Origin: a bacterium
GTDB taxonomy: Bacteria; Desulfobacterota; DSWW01
Direction of reading: 5' to 3'
DNA length: 64,000 nt
Assembly (NCBI GenBank): GCA_040756235.1
Contig: JBFLZG010000087.1
Location: forward strand, 32,001 to 96,000
Positions 48,414 through 56,684 of this stretch are shown here, in pieces; the first letter of the stretch is position 1, and every line of letters starts with the position of its first letter. The notes under the pieces are model-generated. The model made no database searches, had not been told where the DNA came from, and worked only from the letters and a program-made list of their open reading frames with translations. Made by a program: the position numbers and the translations under genes.

Positions 48414-48890
48414 ATGAGCTCGGAAGAGTTGTTTTTTCGACGCGGCGAGCTGTGCAAGGTCGTCGGACTCACTCCACGACAGGTTCAATACTGGGACAAG
48501 ACCGGCCTTCTTCGCCCCTCCTACCGGAGCAAAGGGGGACACGGAAGGTTCAGTTTTCAGGATCTGATCGCCTTCAAGACGGCCAAGCGTCTCCTCGATG
48601 CCGGGGTGCCGCTTCAGCGGGTGCGCCGGAGCATCGGCTCTCTTCAGCAGATCCTGCCATCGATCAAGAGACCTCTCGTGGATCTGACCTTGGTCGCGAC
48701 AGGGGAGCTGATACTCGTCTTCCACAAGGGAACGGCCTTCGAGGCCATCTCGGGCCAGGAGTGGATCATACCCGTGGCCGAAATCGAGCGCGAGGCCCTT
48801 CGATGCAAACGTCCGGCCCGCAAGGTGCCTTCCGGGAGGCGGCTGACGCTGGTCCCCGAGTCTCGCAAAGGTTTTCTGAAGTCCATTTGA
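48414..48890 (+). CDS. MerR-family HTH protein
   Basis: ELCKVVGLTPRQVQYWDKTGLLRPS...GRFSFQDL...LLDAGVPLQRV; RBS AGGGGA before ATG 48414. Confidence 0.88.
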   Translation: MSSEELFFRRGELCKVVGLTPRQVQYWDKTGLLRPSYRSKGGHGRFSFQDLIAFKTAKRLLDAGVPLQRVRRSIGSLQQILPSIKRPLVDLTLVATGELILVFHKGTAFEAISGQEWIIPVAEIEREALRCKRPARKVPSGRRLTLVPESRKGFLKSI

Positions 48891-48986
48891 ACCGGTCGAA
48901 AGGACCGTCGTCGAGACGTTGCCCGGGTGTCGAAAACCACTGCTCATCGACAGCCGCTCGGGAGAGTGTTGAAAACATGCTCTTGA

Positions 48987-49109
48987 GAGGCTGTTGAAAA
49001 ATGGTCAGATGCAAGGCGGGAAATCCTGAGGAATGAGGCGTACACGGCAGTACGCCGCAATGACGAAGGATGAGCGCAACGCCGCAGATGGCCGTTTATC
49101 GACAGCCTC
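48987..49109. repeat. Repeat family B copy
   Basis: GAGGCTGTTGAAAAATGGTCAG...ATGGCCGTTTATCGACAGCCTC with inner GGCGTAC/GTACGCC hairpin. Confidence 0.9.
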
Positions 49110-49120
49110 TGGGGGGAGCC

Positions 49121-50269
49121 TTGAGGGTCATCGGTATCGTCAACCAGAAAGGGGGGTGCGGCAAGACCACCACGGCCATCAACCTCGGTGCGTGGCTGGC
49201 TCAAAAGGAGAAGAAGGTCCTGCTGATCGACATGGATCCGCAGGGCCATGCAACCGCCGGACTGAACGCACAGAGCGTGTCCGGCGAGATCGACATGCGC
49301 AGCGCGCTCCTGAACGTGTACGAAGAGCCGATCTCCCTTCCGCAGCTGGCAGGCAGCCTGGCCCCCAACCTCGACCTCGTTCCTTCGCTGATTTCCCTCG
49401 TCGCCATCGAACAGGAGCTGGCCGGGGCGGCCGACCGTGACCGAAGGCTCAGGGACCTCTTGCACAGGGGAGGCGCAGCTTACGACTACATCCTCATCGA
49501 CTCTCCACCGAACCTGGGAATGCTCACCGTCAACGTGCTCGCAGCCAGCCGAGAGATCTTGATCCCGGTGGACACAGGGGTTTTTTCGCTTCACGGGCTC
49601 CGGCGTCTGTTCCAGGTGATCGAGCTCGTCCAGGAGCGGATGGGTTTGCATCCGAGAGTCCAGATCCTGATGACCATGTACGATCAGAGAGTGTGTCTGG
49701 CGCGAACGGTCCTGGCCGAGCTGGAACAGCATTACCCCGGCAGGCTCCTCCAGACGAAGATCCGCAACAACGTCCACCTGAAAGAAGCGCCGGCCCGGGG
49801 TCTTCCCATTCTGCAGCACAAGCCCAACTGCCTGGGGAGCTGGGACTACAGAGCGCTGGCCGATGAAATTGTCGCGGCCGAGGCCGAATGGGAGTTGGAT
49901 GTGCCGCAGGAAGAGGTCGTCCCCGAGAAAGCGCCGCGTGAAGACGCTGCGGAGGGGAGCGCACAGGGCGACCTGGGCGCACGGAGCGGCTTGGGCGCGC
50001 AGAGCGACTCGAGTGAGATCCTCTTTTGCATGGCTGCACCTCAGGCGGCAAGCGTGCGTCTCGTCGGCGAGTTCAACGAATGGCAAGCGGACTCCGGCGT
50101 GCCTCTGAAGAGAGGAGAGGACGGAGTCTGGACCGGACGGATTCGACTTCCACCGGGAAACTATCAGTACAAGTACTTGGTCGATGGCCAGTGGGTGGTC
50201 GACCCCGGAAACCCTTTGCGCGTCGTGACCGACAAGGGCGCCGTGAATTCGCTGGTCAAGGTGAGATGA
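49121..50269 (+). CDS. ParA/Soj-family ATPase with C-terminal CBM48 / AMPK-beta-like glycogen-binding domain
   Basis: Deviant Walker A NQKGGCGKTT, LIDMDPQG and IDSPP; acidic linker; then VRLVGEFNEW, GVW, LPPG.YQYKYLVDGQWVVDP and NSLV. TTG 49121 with GGGGGAG RBS. Confidence 0.92.
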   Translation: MRVIGIVNQKGGCGKTTTAINLGAWLAQKEKKVLLIDMDPQGHATAGLNAQSVSGEIDMRSALLNVYEEPISLPQLAGSLAPNLDLVPSLISLVAIEQELAGAADRDRRLRDLLHRGGAAYDYILIDSPPNLGMLTVNVLAASREILIPVDTGVFSLHGLRRLFQVIELVQERMGLHPRVQILMTMYDQRVCLARTVLAELEQHYPGRLLQTKIRNNVHLKEAPARGLPILQHKPNCLGSWDYRALADEIVAAEAEWELDVPQEEVVPEKAPREDAAEGSAQGDLGARSGLGAQSDSSEILFCMAAPQAASVRLVGEFNEWQADSGVPLKRGEDGVWTGRIRLPPGNYQYKYLVDGQWVVDPGNPLRVVTDKGAVNSLVKVR

Positions 50270-50331
50270 CCCCGAGCGTGGTCCGTGCGCCTTTCGCGAG
50301 AGCATGGATAGAGATCCCGGGCTGGTGAGTC

Positions 50332-51204
50332 GTGGACGCGACGAGAGACCGCGAAAAGAAGCAGCTCGAAGAGATCGCCCATCTCTACTTCTCCAGCCCC
50401 CCGCAGCCGGCCAAGAAGAAAGCAGGGGACCCGCCGCCTGGCCTCCTGGCTCAGGGCCGTCCGCTCCGCCTGCTGTCGGTTTGCTGTCGGTCTGCCCCCG
50501 CCGAACAGAAGCGCGCCTTCCGTCTGCTGCTGAATCTTGCGGTCCTACTCAAGATCGCCGACGAGCCGGCCTTGTGGATTTCGCCGGATCCCGGCGTGCA
50601 GGCGGGAGTCACGGGAAGTCCGCGCTTCCTCGGGCGTCGCCTGATCGGCATGGCTTCGGTCGGCTTGCCCTGGAGTTACTGCGGCCCCATGGGGATCCGC
50701 TATGTCGCAGGCCTGGACCCCCGGGGAAAGAAGGCGTGTCTGGACTCGCTGCAATCCGGCGGAACGGGGCAGAGCCGGGGAAGGGCGCCCTATGCCTATG
50801 TCCTCTGGAGCGGCCTTGCCGGCTTGGGCCCCTTCGAGGGGCTCGTTCCGCAGCTCGACCTGTTTGTCCTGAGCGCCTCCACGCCGAGGACCGCCTTTCC
50901 GCCCTCCGAGCGGGGAAAGAGCTCGGTTCCCTGCCAAGCCGGAATGGTCGCTCTGGGCGTGCAAGGCGGTGAGGAGGCGGAGACCCTGTTCCTGGACTGG
51001 GGAAAGAGGCTGCGGCCCCTGTACGAGAATGAGCTCGAGCCGGAAGGTTTCGGGTTCCTGCCCGCGGGCTTCGGAGCCAACGGGGCCGGAGCTGGGCAGA
51101 GGGTGGAGGTCCTTGAGGACCCGCTGAGCTGGCAGACCCGCTGCCTTCAGCAGATCGCTGCCCGGCTGCGGCAGAAAAGGGCCGAAATGCTGGGAGGCGA
51201 TTAG
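50332..51204 (+). CDS. Hypothetical protein, apparently a degenerate MinD/FlhG-like P-loop fold
   Basis: NLAVLL...ALWIS follows a non-canonical P-loop position; C-terminal GFLP...P.S....LQQIAARL resembles MinD/FlhG ends; GTG start. Confidence 0.6.
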   Translation: MDATRDREKKQLEEIAHLYFSSPPQPAKKKAGDPPPGLLAQGRPLRLLSVCCRSAPAEQKRAFRLLLNLAVLLKIADEPALWISPDPGVQAGVTGSPRFLGRRLIGMASVGLPWSYCGPMGIRYVAGLDPRGKKACLDSLQSGGTGQSRGRAPYAYVLWSGLAGLGPFEGLVPQLDLFVLSASTPRTAFPPSERGKSSVPCQAGMVALGVQGGEEAETLFLDWGKRLRPLYENELEPEGFGFLPAGFGANGAGAGQRVEVLEDPLSWQTRCLQQIAARLRQKRAEMLGGD

Positions 51205-51238
51205 CCCTGCTCCTTGCGAGGCCGCGGCAGTATTTTCC

Positions 51239-51350
51239 GTCACCCCGGCGCAGGCCGGGGTCCGGTCCCTGCACCCCGGGACTGCCGCGGTTCTGCCGGC
51301 ACCCTTCTGGATCCCGGCTCACACGCGCTCCGCAGTTGGGCCGGGATGAC
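51239..51350. repeat. Repeat family A, copy 2
   Basis: GTCACCCCGGCGCAGGCCGGGGTCC...CCTTCTGGATCCCGGCTCACACGCGCTCCGCAGTTGGGCCGGGATGAC. Confidence 0.9.
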
Positions 51351-51581
51351 GAAATAACATACAGCCTCACAGGCTCTCTTCCGTCATTGCGGCGCGGGCC
51401 CTCTTCGTCTCCCCGAAGGCTTTCCTTCTGAGCGGTTTGTGATAAGATAAGGATCCCTCAAAGGTACGACCCGTCCGAGGTCTGCAGTCGAACCGATGTC
51501 TCGGATCGCCGAATCGCCTCCATGGCCGCCGGCGCCGCTCCGTTGCCGGGCAGCGTGTCCTCATGCGCGAGGAACGTGAAG

Positions 51582-52739
51582 ATGCTCAACATCTTTCAGA
51601 TCTTCCAAAGTCTTCGGCAGGGGCGACTGCCGCCCGTCGGGCAGATCCCTGAGCCGCTGCAGGATGCGGTGGCAGCTGTTTCGAGCCTCAGGGGCCGGTG
51701 GACGCCTTTGACCTCCGCGGAGCGCCTGCTGACTGCGTTGCGTCACAAGGAGCCGGACCGCGTCCCGGTGACCCCGGTCCTCTGCTCCGCAGCCAGGCAG
51801 ATCACGGGCACTTCCTTTCCCGAGTTCGCCCTCGATAGCGGGAAGGCGGCCGACGTCTACGTTTCAGGATTCGATCTGGTGGGAGGGGATCTGGTCGTCT
51901 TGCTTCTCGACCTCTCGGTCGAAGCCGCCGACTTCGGGCAGAAGATCATCTATCCCGAGAATTCGACGCCCAGGCCGGATCATGCGAACCCGAGCATCCG
52001 CAGCGTCGAGGATTATGCCAGGCTCCGCCCCATCCGGTTTTCAGAGGCCAAGCGCATGCAGGAGTTCGTCAAGCTCTGCCGGCTGGTCGTGAAGAAGATC
52101 GGCCTGCGCGGTCTGGCGACGGGGTTCGTCTTCGGCCCCCTCGGGGTGCTGACCATGATGCGGGGGGCGGAGCAGGTCTTCAAGGATTGTGTTCTCCATC
52201 CGGGAGAAGTCAGGAAGGCGTGCGAGACGATCACCGGCGTGTTGCTCGAGTTCGTGCAGGCCCAGTGTGAGACCGGAGTGCCTGCCGTCGTCATCGATTC
52301 CCTGTACGCTTCGCGCAACGGTCTGTCCAAGTCCCTATGGGAGGAGATCGAGGGCCCCTTCGTGCGGGAGATCAGCCGCAAAATCCGGGAGAACGGGCTG
52401 CTGGTCGGGATCCACAATTGCGGCCACGACCTGTATTTCGATTCTCAGATCAAGTTCATGGAACCCGAGGTCATCAGCTTCGCCCATCTCCCGGATGACT
52501 GTGTCACCGACCGGGAGCTGAAGGAGCGATACGGCGATCGGTTGACGCTTATCGGGTACGTCCCCACTCCGCTGCTGGTGCAGGGCTCGCCCCGGGAAGT
52601 CATGGAAGCGTGCGCCAGGCAGATTGAGGTCTTCGCAAAAGGAGGCGGATACATCCTGGCGCCGGGGTGCGAATACCCGCCCAACATCCCTCTGACCAAC
52701 GCCTTTGCCCTGGTGAAGGCGGCGGAGAAGTACTCCTGA
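51582..52739 (+). CDS. Uroporphyrinogen decarboxylase-fold methylcobamide methyltransferase (MtaA/CmuA-like)
   Basis: LTSAER..AL...PDRVP, Zn ligands HNCG and PGCE; directly followed by a corrinoid protein. Confidence 0.85.
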   Translation: MLNIFQIFQSLRQGRLPPVGQIPEPLQDAVAAVSSLRGRWTPLTSAERLLTALRHKEPDRVPVTPVLCSAARQITGTSFPEFALDSGKAADVYVSGFDLVGGDLVVLLLDLSVEAADFGQKIIYPENSTPRPDHANPSIRSVEDYARLRPIRFSEAKRMQEFVKLCRLVVKKIGLRGLATGFVFGPLGVLTMMRGAEQVFKDCVLHPGEVRKACETITGVLLEFVQAQCETGVPAVVIDSLYASRNGLSKSLWEEIEGPFVREISRKIRENGLLVGIHNCGHDLYFDSQIKFMEPEVISFAHLPDDCVTDRELKERYGDRLTLIGYVPTPLLVQGSPREVMEACARQIEVFAKGGGYILAPGCEYPPNIPLTNAFALVKAAEKYS

Positions 52740-52758
52740 TCCGGGGGAGAGGAGCGCG

Positions 52759-53436
52759 ATGATGACCGATTTCCTGCTTGCCCTCGAAGAGGCCGTGGCC
52801 TCACGCGATGCGACTCTGCTGGATGAGCTTTTTCGCCGCGTCGAGGACCGGTCCGTTCGCTCCGAAGAGGCGTTGCAGGCACTGGCCAGGGGGGTGGAAC
52901 GGGTGCGCGCCCGATTCCGGCAAAACCAATCCTCCATTCCCGAGCTCCTGCTGTCGATCGACGTCTTCCGGAAGGGTCTTCGGGGAGTGATGGCGCGCGC
53001 GCCGCAGGGCTCATCACCCGACCAGGGCGACGGTATCGTGATCGGTGTCGTGGAAGGGGACACTCACGACATGGGAAAGAACATCGTGGCCGCCGTGCTG
53101 GAGGCTGCCGGATACAGGATCTACGATCTCGGCCGGGACGTCTCACGCGATTCCTTCCTGACGGCGCTGTCGGAGAAGGGCGCCTCCCTCCTGGCCCTTT
53201 CGACCATGATGTCCACGCCTCTCGAGAAGATGCGGGAGATCATCGAGTGGACCCGGAGGCTGCATCCCCGCGTGAAGATCCTGGTGGGCGGCGCCCCTCT
53301 GGACGAGCAGGTCGCCAAAGCCATCGGTGCGGACGGATATGCGGAGAGCGCTCTGACCGCACCCGAGGAGGCGGCAAGGCTCCTGGTGCGGCCGGTGGCG
53401 GCCGAAAAGGCGGTCGCCCTTCCGAAGGCGCCATGA
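52759..53436 (+). CDS. Corrinoid (B12-binding) protein of a methyltransferase system
   Basis: GVVEGDTHDMGKNIV (DxHxxG), DLGRDV, S.MM and VGGAP...IGAD.Y. Confidence 0.93.
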   Translation: MMTDFLLALEEAVASRDATLLDELFRRVEDRSVRSEEALQALARGVERVRARFRQNQSSIPELLLSIDVFRKGLRGVMARAPQGSSPDQGDGIVIGVVEGDTHDMGKNIVAAVLEAAGYRIYDLGRDVSRDSFLTALSEKGASLLALSTMMSTPLEKMREIIEWTRRLHPRVKILVGGAPLDEQVAKAIGADGYAESALTAPEEAARLLVRPVAAEKAVALPKAP

Positions 53437-53475
53437 GCGCGATTGTTCCGATTCCTTGGCTGACGGACAAACCCC

Positions 53476-54270
53476 ATGAGCATCCGTGATTTCAACCCGC
53501 GCCTCCCGACGCCGGAAACCGTCTTCCCGGCAATGGTCGGCCGGCTCGGCTATCCTCCTTCCGCAGCTCTCAACCCGGACATCCGCCAGGGGATCGAGCT
53601 CGCCATCCGCAAAGGCCTGGACCTGGTTCGGGTGAGGACCGTTTCCCGGAAGACGCCCCTTCTGGACTGGCGCGGGGGGGTCCTCAGGGGCGACGGCATC
53701 CGGGTCTCGAGCGCAAAGTGGGCCGCGTTGATGGACCGCGCAGAGGGCCCTGAATGGATGTGCGCCTTCTTGCTGACCCTGGGAGAGGAAGTTGACGCGC
53801 AGATCTCCAGGATGCAGCCAGGGTCGATCTTCGAGGCGTACCTGCTGGACGCGGTCGGCTCGGAGCTCGCCGAGCGCATGGCGGAGCAGCTCGAATCGCA
53901 TCTGGCGGACGGCTTCGCCGCGCAGGGATGCCAGATCACTGCACGGTTCAGCCCCGGCTACTGCGACTGGAGCTTGCAAGAGGGCCAGGAGGAGCTGTTC
54001 CGCTTTCTGGCCCCCGAGCGGGTTGGAGTCCGATGCACGCCGGCCGGCATGATGATACCCAGGAAGTCCGTCTCAGGGGTGCTGGTCGCGGCGCGGCACG
54101 TGACGGATCGGGTGCCCTGTCCCTATTGCGCAAAGAGGGAATGTCCTTACCGGAGAGACGGTCGCAAGAGCTCTAGTTCCAGAGCCTGTTCAAAAAAGCC
54201 CAGATGCAAGGCGCGCGAAGTCCCGAGGAATGAGGCGTACATTCCAGTACGCCGCAGTGACGAGGGATGA
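53476..54270 (+). CDS. Methionine synthase activation-domain-like protein
   Basis: TLGEEVD, YLLDAVGS..AE, RFSPGYCDW, MMIPRKSVSG and C..C....C.YR motifs. Confidence 0.85.
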   Translation: MSIRDFNPRLPTPETVFPAMVGRLGYPPSAALNPDIRQGIELAIRKGLDLVRVRTVSRKTPLLDWRGGVLRGDGIRVSSAKWAALMDRAEGPEWMCAFLLTLGEEVDAQISRMQPGSIFEAYLLDAVGSELAERMAEQLESHLADGFAAQGCQITARFSPGYCDWSLQEGQEELFRFLAPERVGVRCTPAGMMIPRKSVSGVLVAARHVTDRVPCPYCAKRECPYRRDGRKSSSSRACSKKPRCKAREVPRNEAYIPVRRSDEG

Positions 54271-54307
54271 GCGCAACGCCGCAGATGGGCGTTTTGGGAC
54301 AGGCTCT
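54181..54307. repeat. Repeat family B copy (overlaps the 3' end of the upstream CDS)
   Basis: AGAGCCTGTTCAAAAAAGCCCAG...ATGGGCGTTTTGGGACAGGCTCT. Confidence 0.9.
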
Positions 54308-54370
54308 ACCGGAGAGACGGGCAGTGCGCAGCCCAGGATGCAGCCTCAGCCTGAGCCGGGTGCGGTCTTC

Positions 54371-56599
54371 ATGGAAGAAGAGAAACTGACCTACTGCCGG
54401 ATCTGCGAGCCGATGTGCGGGCTCAAGGTGACGATCAGCGGCAAGCGCGTGCTCGGGATCCGGGGCGACCGGGAGCACCTTCTCTCCAGGGGACGGATCT
54501 GCCGGAGGGGCGTAGCCTTCTCCGAAGTGCACCACGATCCGGACCGGCTGCGCCACCCCATGCGCCGGGGCCCGGACGGGCTGGAGCGGATCCCTTGGGG
54601 CCAGGCCCTGGGCGAGGTGGCGGCCCGGCTCGATGCGATCCGCACCCGGCACGGGCCGGACGCCATCGCGCTCTACATGGGAAATCCGATGGCGTTCTGC
54701 ACGTACGGCACCCTGGCCGTGCCGGCCTTCGTGAAAGCCCTGGGCACCCGGAATTTCTTCAGCGCGGGTTCCCAAGACGCCAACAACAAGTTCGTGGCGG
54801 CCCGCGAGGTGCTGGGTTCGTCTGTGCTGCAGCCGCTTCCCGACCTGGACCACGTGCACTACCTGCTTCTGATCGGAGCCAACCCGGTCGTTTCCGGCAT
54901 GAGCTTCATCCAGGTGCCGAGACCTGCCGAGGCCCTGCAGCGCATCCGGCGAAAGGGAGGGCGAGTCGTCGTCGTGGATCCTCGTCGCACCGAGACGGCG
55001 CGGCTCGCAACCGAGCATCTCTTCATTCGGCCCGACAGCGACTACTTCTTTCTGGCTTCGCTGCTGTGCGTGCTCATGGAAGAGGGGCGCTGGGACAGGA
55101 GGCTGGCCGCGAGGGATCCCGGGGGGTTCGAGGCGCTCGGTGAGCTGGTGAGGCGCTGGCCGCCCGAGAAGACGGAGGCGATCACCGGCATTCCCGCTGA
55201 GAAGACGCGGGAAATCGCCCGTGACATGGCCGGGCCTCAGCCGGCGGCTGCTTACGGGAGCCTCGGGATCAATCTCGGCCGCAGCGGCACTTTGAACTTC
55301 TGGCTGCTTCTGGCCCTGAACCTTCTTGCCGGGCATTTCGATCGCAAGGGCGGCAGCCTGCTGTGCCGCGGGGTGATCGACCTGGGGGCCGTGGCCCGGC
55401 TCACCGGCATGGACCAAGCGGGCGCGCCTTCCCGCATCGGAGGCTTCCGGCCGGTCCTGGGAACGTACCCTGCGGCGCTTCTCGCACACGAGATTCTCGG
55501 CGACCGCGACTCGAGGATCCGCGCTCTCGTGGTCGTGGCCGGAAATCCTCTGTTGAGCGTTCCCAACGAGCTGCGGCTGCAACAGGCGCTGAAAAGGCTG
55601 GAGCTGCTGGTCTGCCTCGATCTCTACGAGAACGAGACCGGCTCCCTGGCCCACTACCTGCTGCCCACGACCGACTTCCTGGAGCGGGAGGACCTGAACC
55701 TGTCCCACACGGGGCTGCAGCTCAGGCGTTTCGCAGCATTTGCGCCGGCCGTCGTGAAGCCGGACGCGGAACAGCTTCCCGAATGGGAGATCCTGCAGAG
55801 ACTGGCGGACGAGCTGGCTCTCCCGATGTGGGGCAAGGCGATGGCACGCCTCCTCAGGGCGGCGGCTCGGCTGTTCGGGGCCGTGCGCGGCCGGCGGACG
55901 GGCGAGGGCGAGGCCCCCGTTCCGGCTCCCCGTCTGATGCTGCAGGTCCTCTTGCGCACCCTGGGCGAGGTCCGGTTTGCAGAGCTCCGGCGCGCACCGA
56001 GGGGGCTGCTCCTCGCACCTCATGCATACGGCCGATCCGGAAGGAAAGTCCGTTGGGCGCTCGCGGGCAACGGCCTCCGGATCCGCCTGGCGCCGGAAGC
56101 GTTTCTGCGCGAGGCCTGGGCCATGGAGGGACGGATCCGGGACGCTCGTTGCGAGAGCGGTGAGCTCCTGCTCGTCGGAAAGAGAGAACGGCACACCCAC
56201 AACACGTGGATGCACAACGCGCCGAGTCTGCTCGGCGCGGAAACGACGAACCATGTCTACCTGAATCCCGAAGATGCCCGGGCCAGGGGGATTCGCGACG
56301 GAGATCGGGTCCGGGTCCGCACGGCCGACGGGAGCGAGGTCGTCGTCCCTTGCAGGCTCTCCAGCGACATGAACAGGAAAGTCGTCGCTCTCCCCCACGG
56401 CTGGGGGCACACCTATCCCGCCGGCTGGCATCATGCCCAGGAGCGGAGCGGCGTCAATGTGAACCGGCTTACCAGCGATGCCGTGAGCAATCTGGAGACC
56501 TTTGCAGGCATGGCCTGGATGAACGGCCTGCCCGTGAACGTCGAGCGCATCCGGCCGGAGAGCGAGATAACGAGAAAGAAGAGGAGGAAAGGGGGCTGA
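54371..56599 (+). CDS. Molybdopterin (bis-MGD) oxidoreductase, cytoplasmic, substrate unknown
   Basis: N-terminal CRICEPMC...C Fe4S4 motif, IGANP, VVVDPRRTETA, DLYENET...A..LLP and C-terminal PHGWG domain; no signal peptide from ATG 54371. Confidence 0.92.
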   Translation: MEEEKLTYCRICEPMCGLKVTISGKRVLGIRGDREHLLSRGRICRRGVAFSEVHHDPDRLRHPMRRGPDGLERIPWGQALGEVAARLDAIRTRHGPDAIALYMGNPMAFCTYGTLAVPAFVKALGTRNFFSAGSQDANNKFVAAREVLGSSVLQPLPDLDHVHYLLLIGANPVVSGMSFIQVPRPAEALQRIRRKGGRVVVVDPRRTETARLATEHLFIRPDSDYFFLASLLCVLMEEGRWDRRLAARDPGGFEALGELVRRWPPEKTEAITGIPAEKTREIARDMAGPQPAAAYGSLGINLGRSGTLNFWLLLALNLLAGHFDRKGGSLLCRGVIDLGAVARLTGMDQAGAPSRIGGFRPVLGTYPAALLAHEILGDRDSRIRALVVVAGNPLLSVPNELRLQQALKRLELLVCLDLYENETGSLAHYLLPTTDFLEREDLNLSHTGLQLRRFAAFAPAVVKPDAEQLPEWEILQRLADELALPMWGKAMARLLRAAARLFGAVRGRRTGEGEAPVPAPRLMLQVLLRTLGEVRFAELRRAPRGLLLAPHAYGRSGRKVRWALAGNGLRIRLAPEAFLREAWAMEGRIRDARCESGELLLVGKRERHTHNTWMHNAPSLLGAETTNHVYLNPEDARARGIRDGDRVRVRTADGSEVVVPCRLSSDMNRKVVALPHGWGHTYPAGWHHAQERSGVNVNRLTSDAVSNLETFAGMAWMNGLPVNVERIRPESEITRKKRRKGG

Positions 56600-56684
56600 G
56601 AAGAGGATCACGGTGTGGGTGTCGGCGGGCGTGGATGAAGGGAACCATTGAAGCAGAAGAAGCAGCAGCAGGGGAGGAAGAACG

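Noticed and set aside
49070..49120. N-terminal extension MSATPQMAVYRQPLGGA of the ParA ORF (and MRRTFQY... of the Mo enzyme at 54230)
   Set aside because: These ATGs lie inside family B repeats; downstream starts fit the family N-termini better.
49121..50269. Chromosomal parA of a parABS locus, or cobyrinic acid a,c-diamide synthase
   Set aside because: No parB or origin-region genes adjacent, no glutamine amidotransferase domain, and a CBM48 tail is present instead.
51360..51581. Cobalamin riboswitch upstream of the corrinoid genes (also looked before nrdJ)
   Set aside because: No B12-box or conserved core recognisable by eye; an Infernal search would be needed to exclude it fully.
53433..53489. 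Tiny ORF MSAIVPIPWLTDKPHEHP coupled to the corrinoid gene stop, hinting at a frameshifted start of the next gene
   Set aside because: The downstream ORF has its own ATG at 53476 and looks complete; no slippery site is evident and it cannot be tested without homologues.
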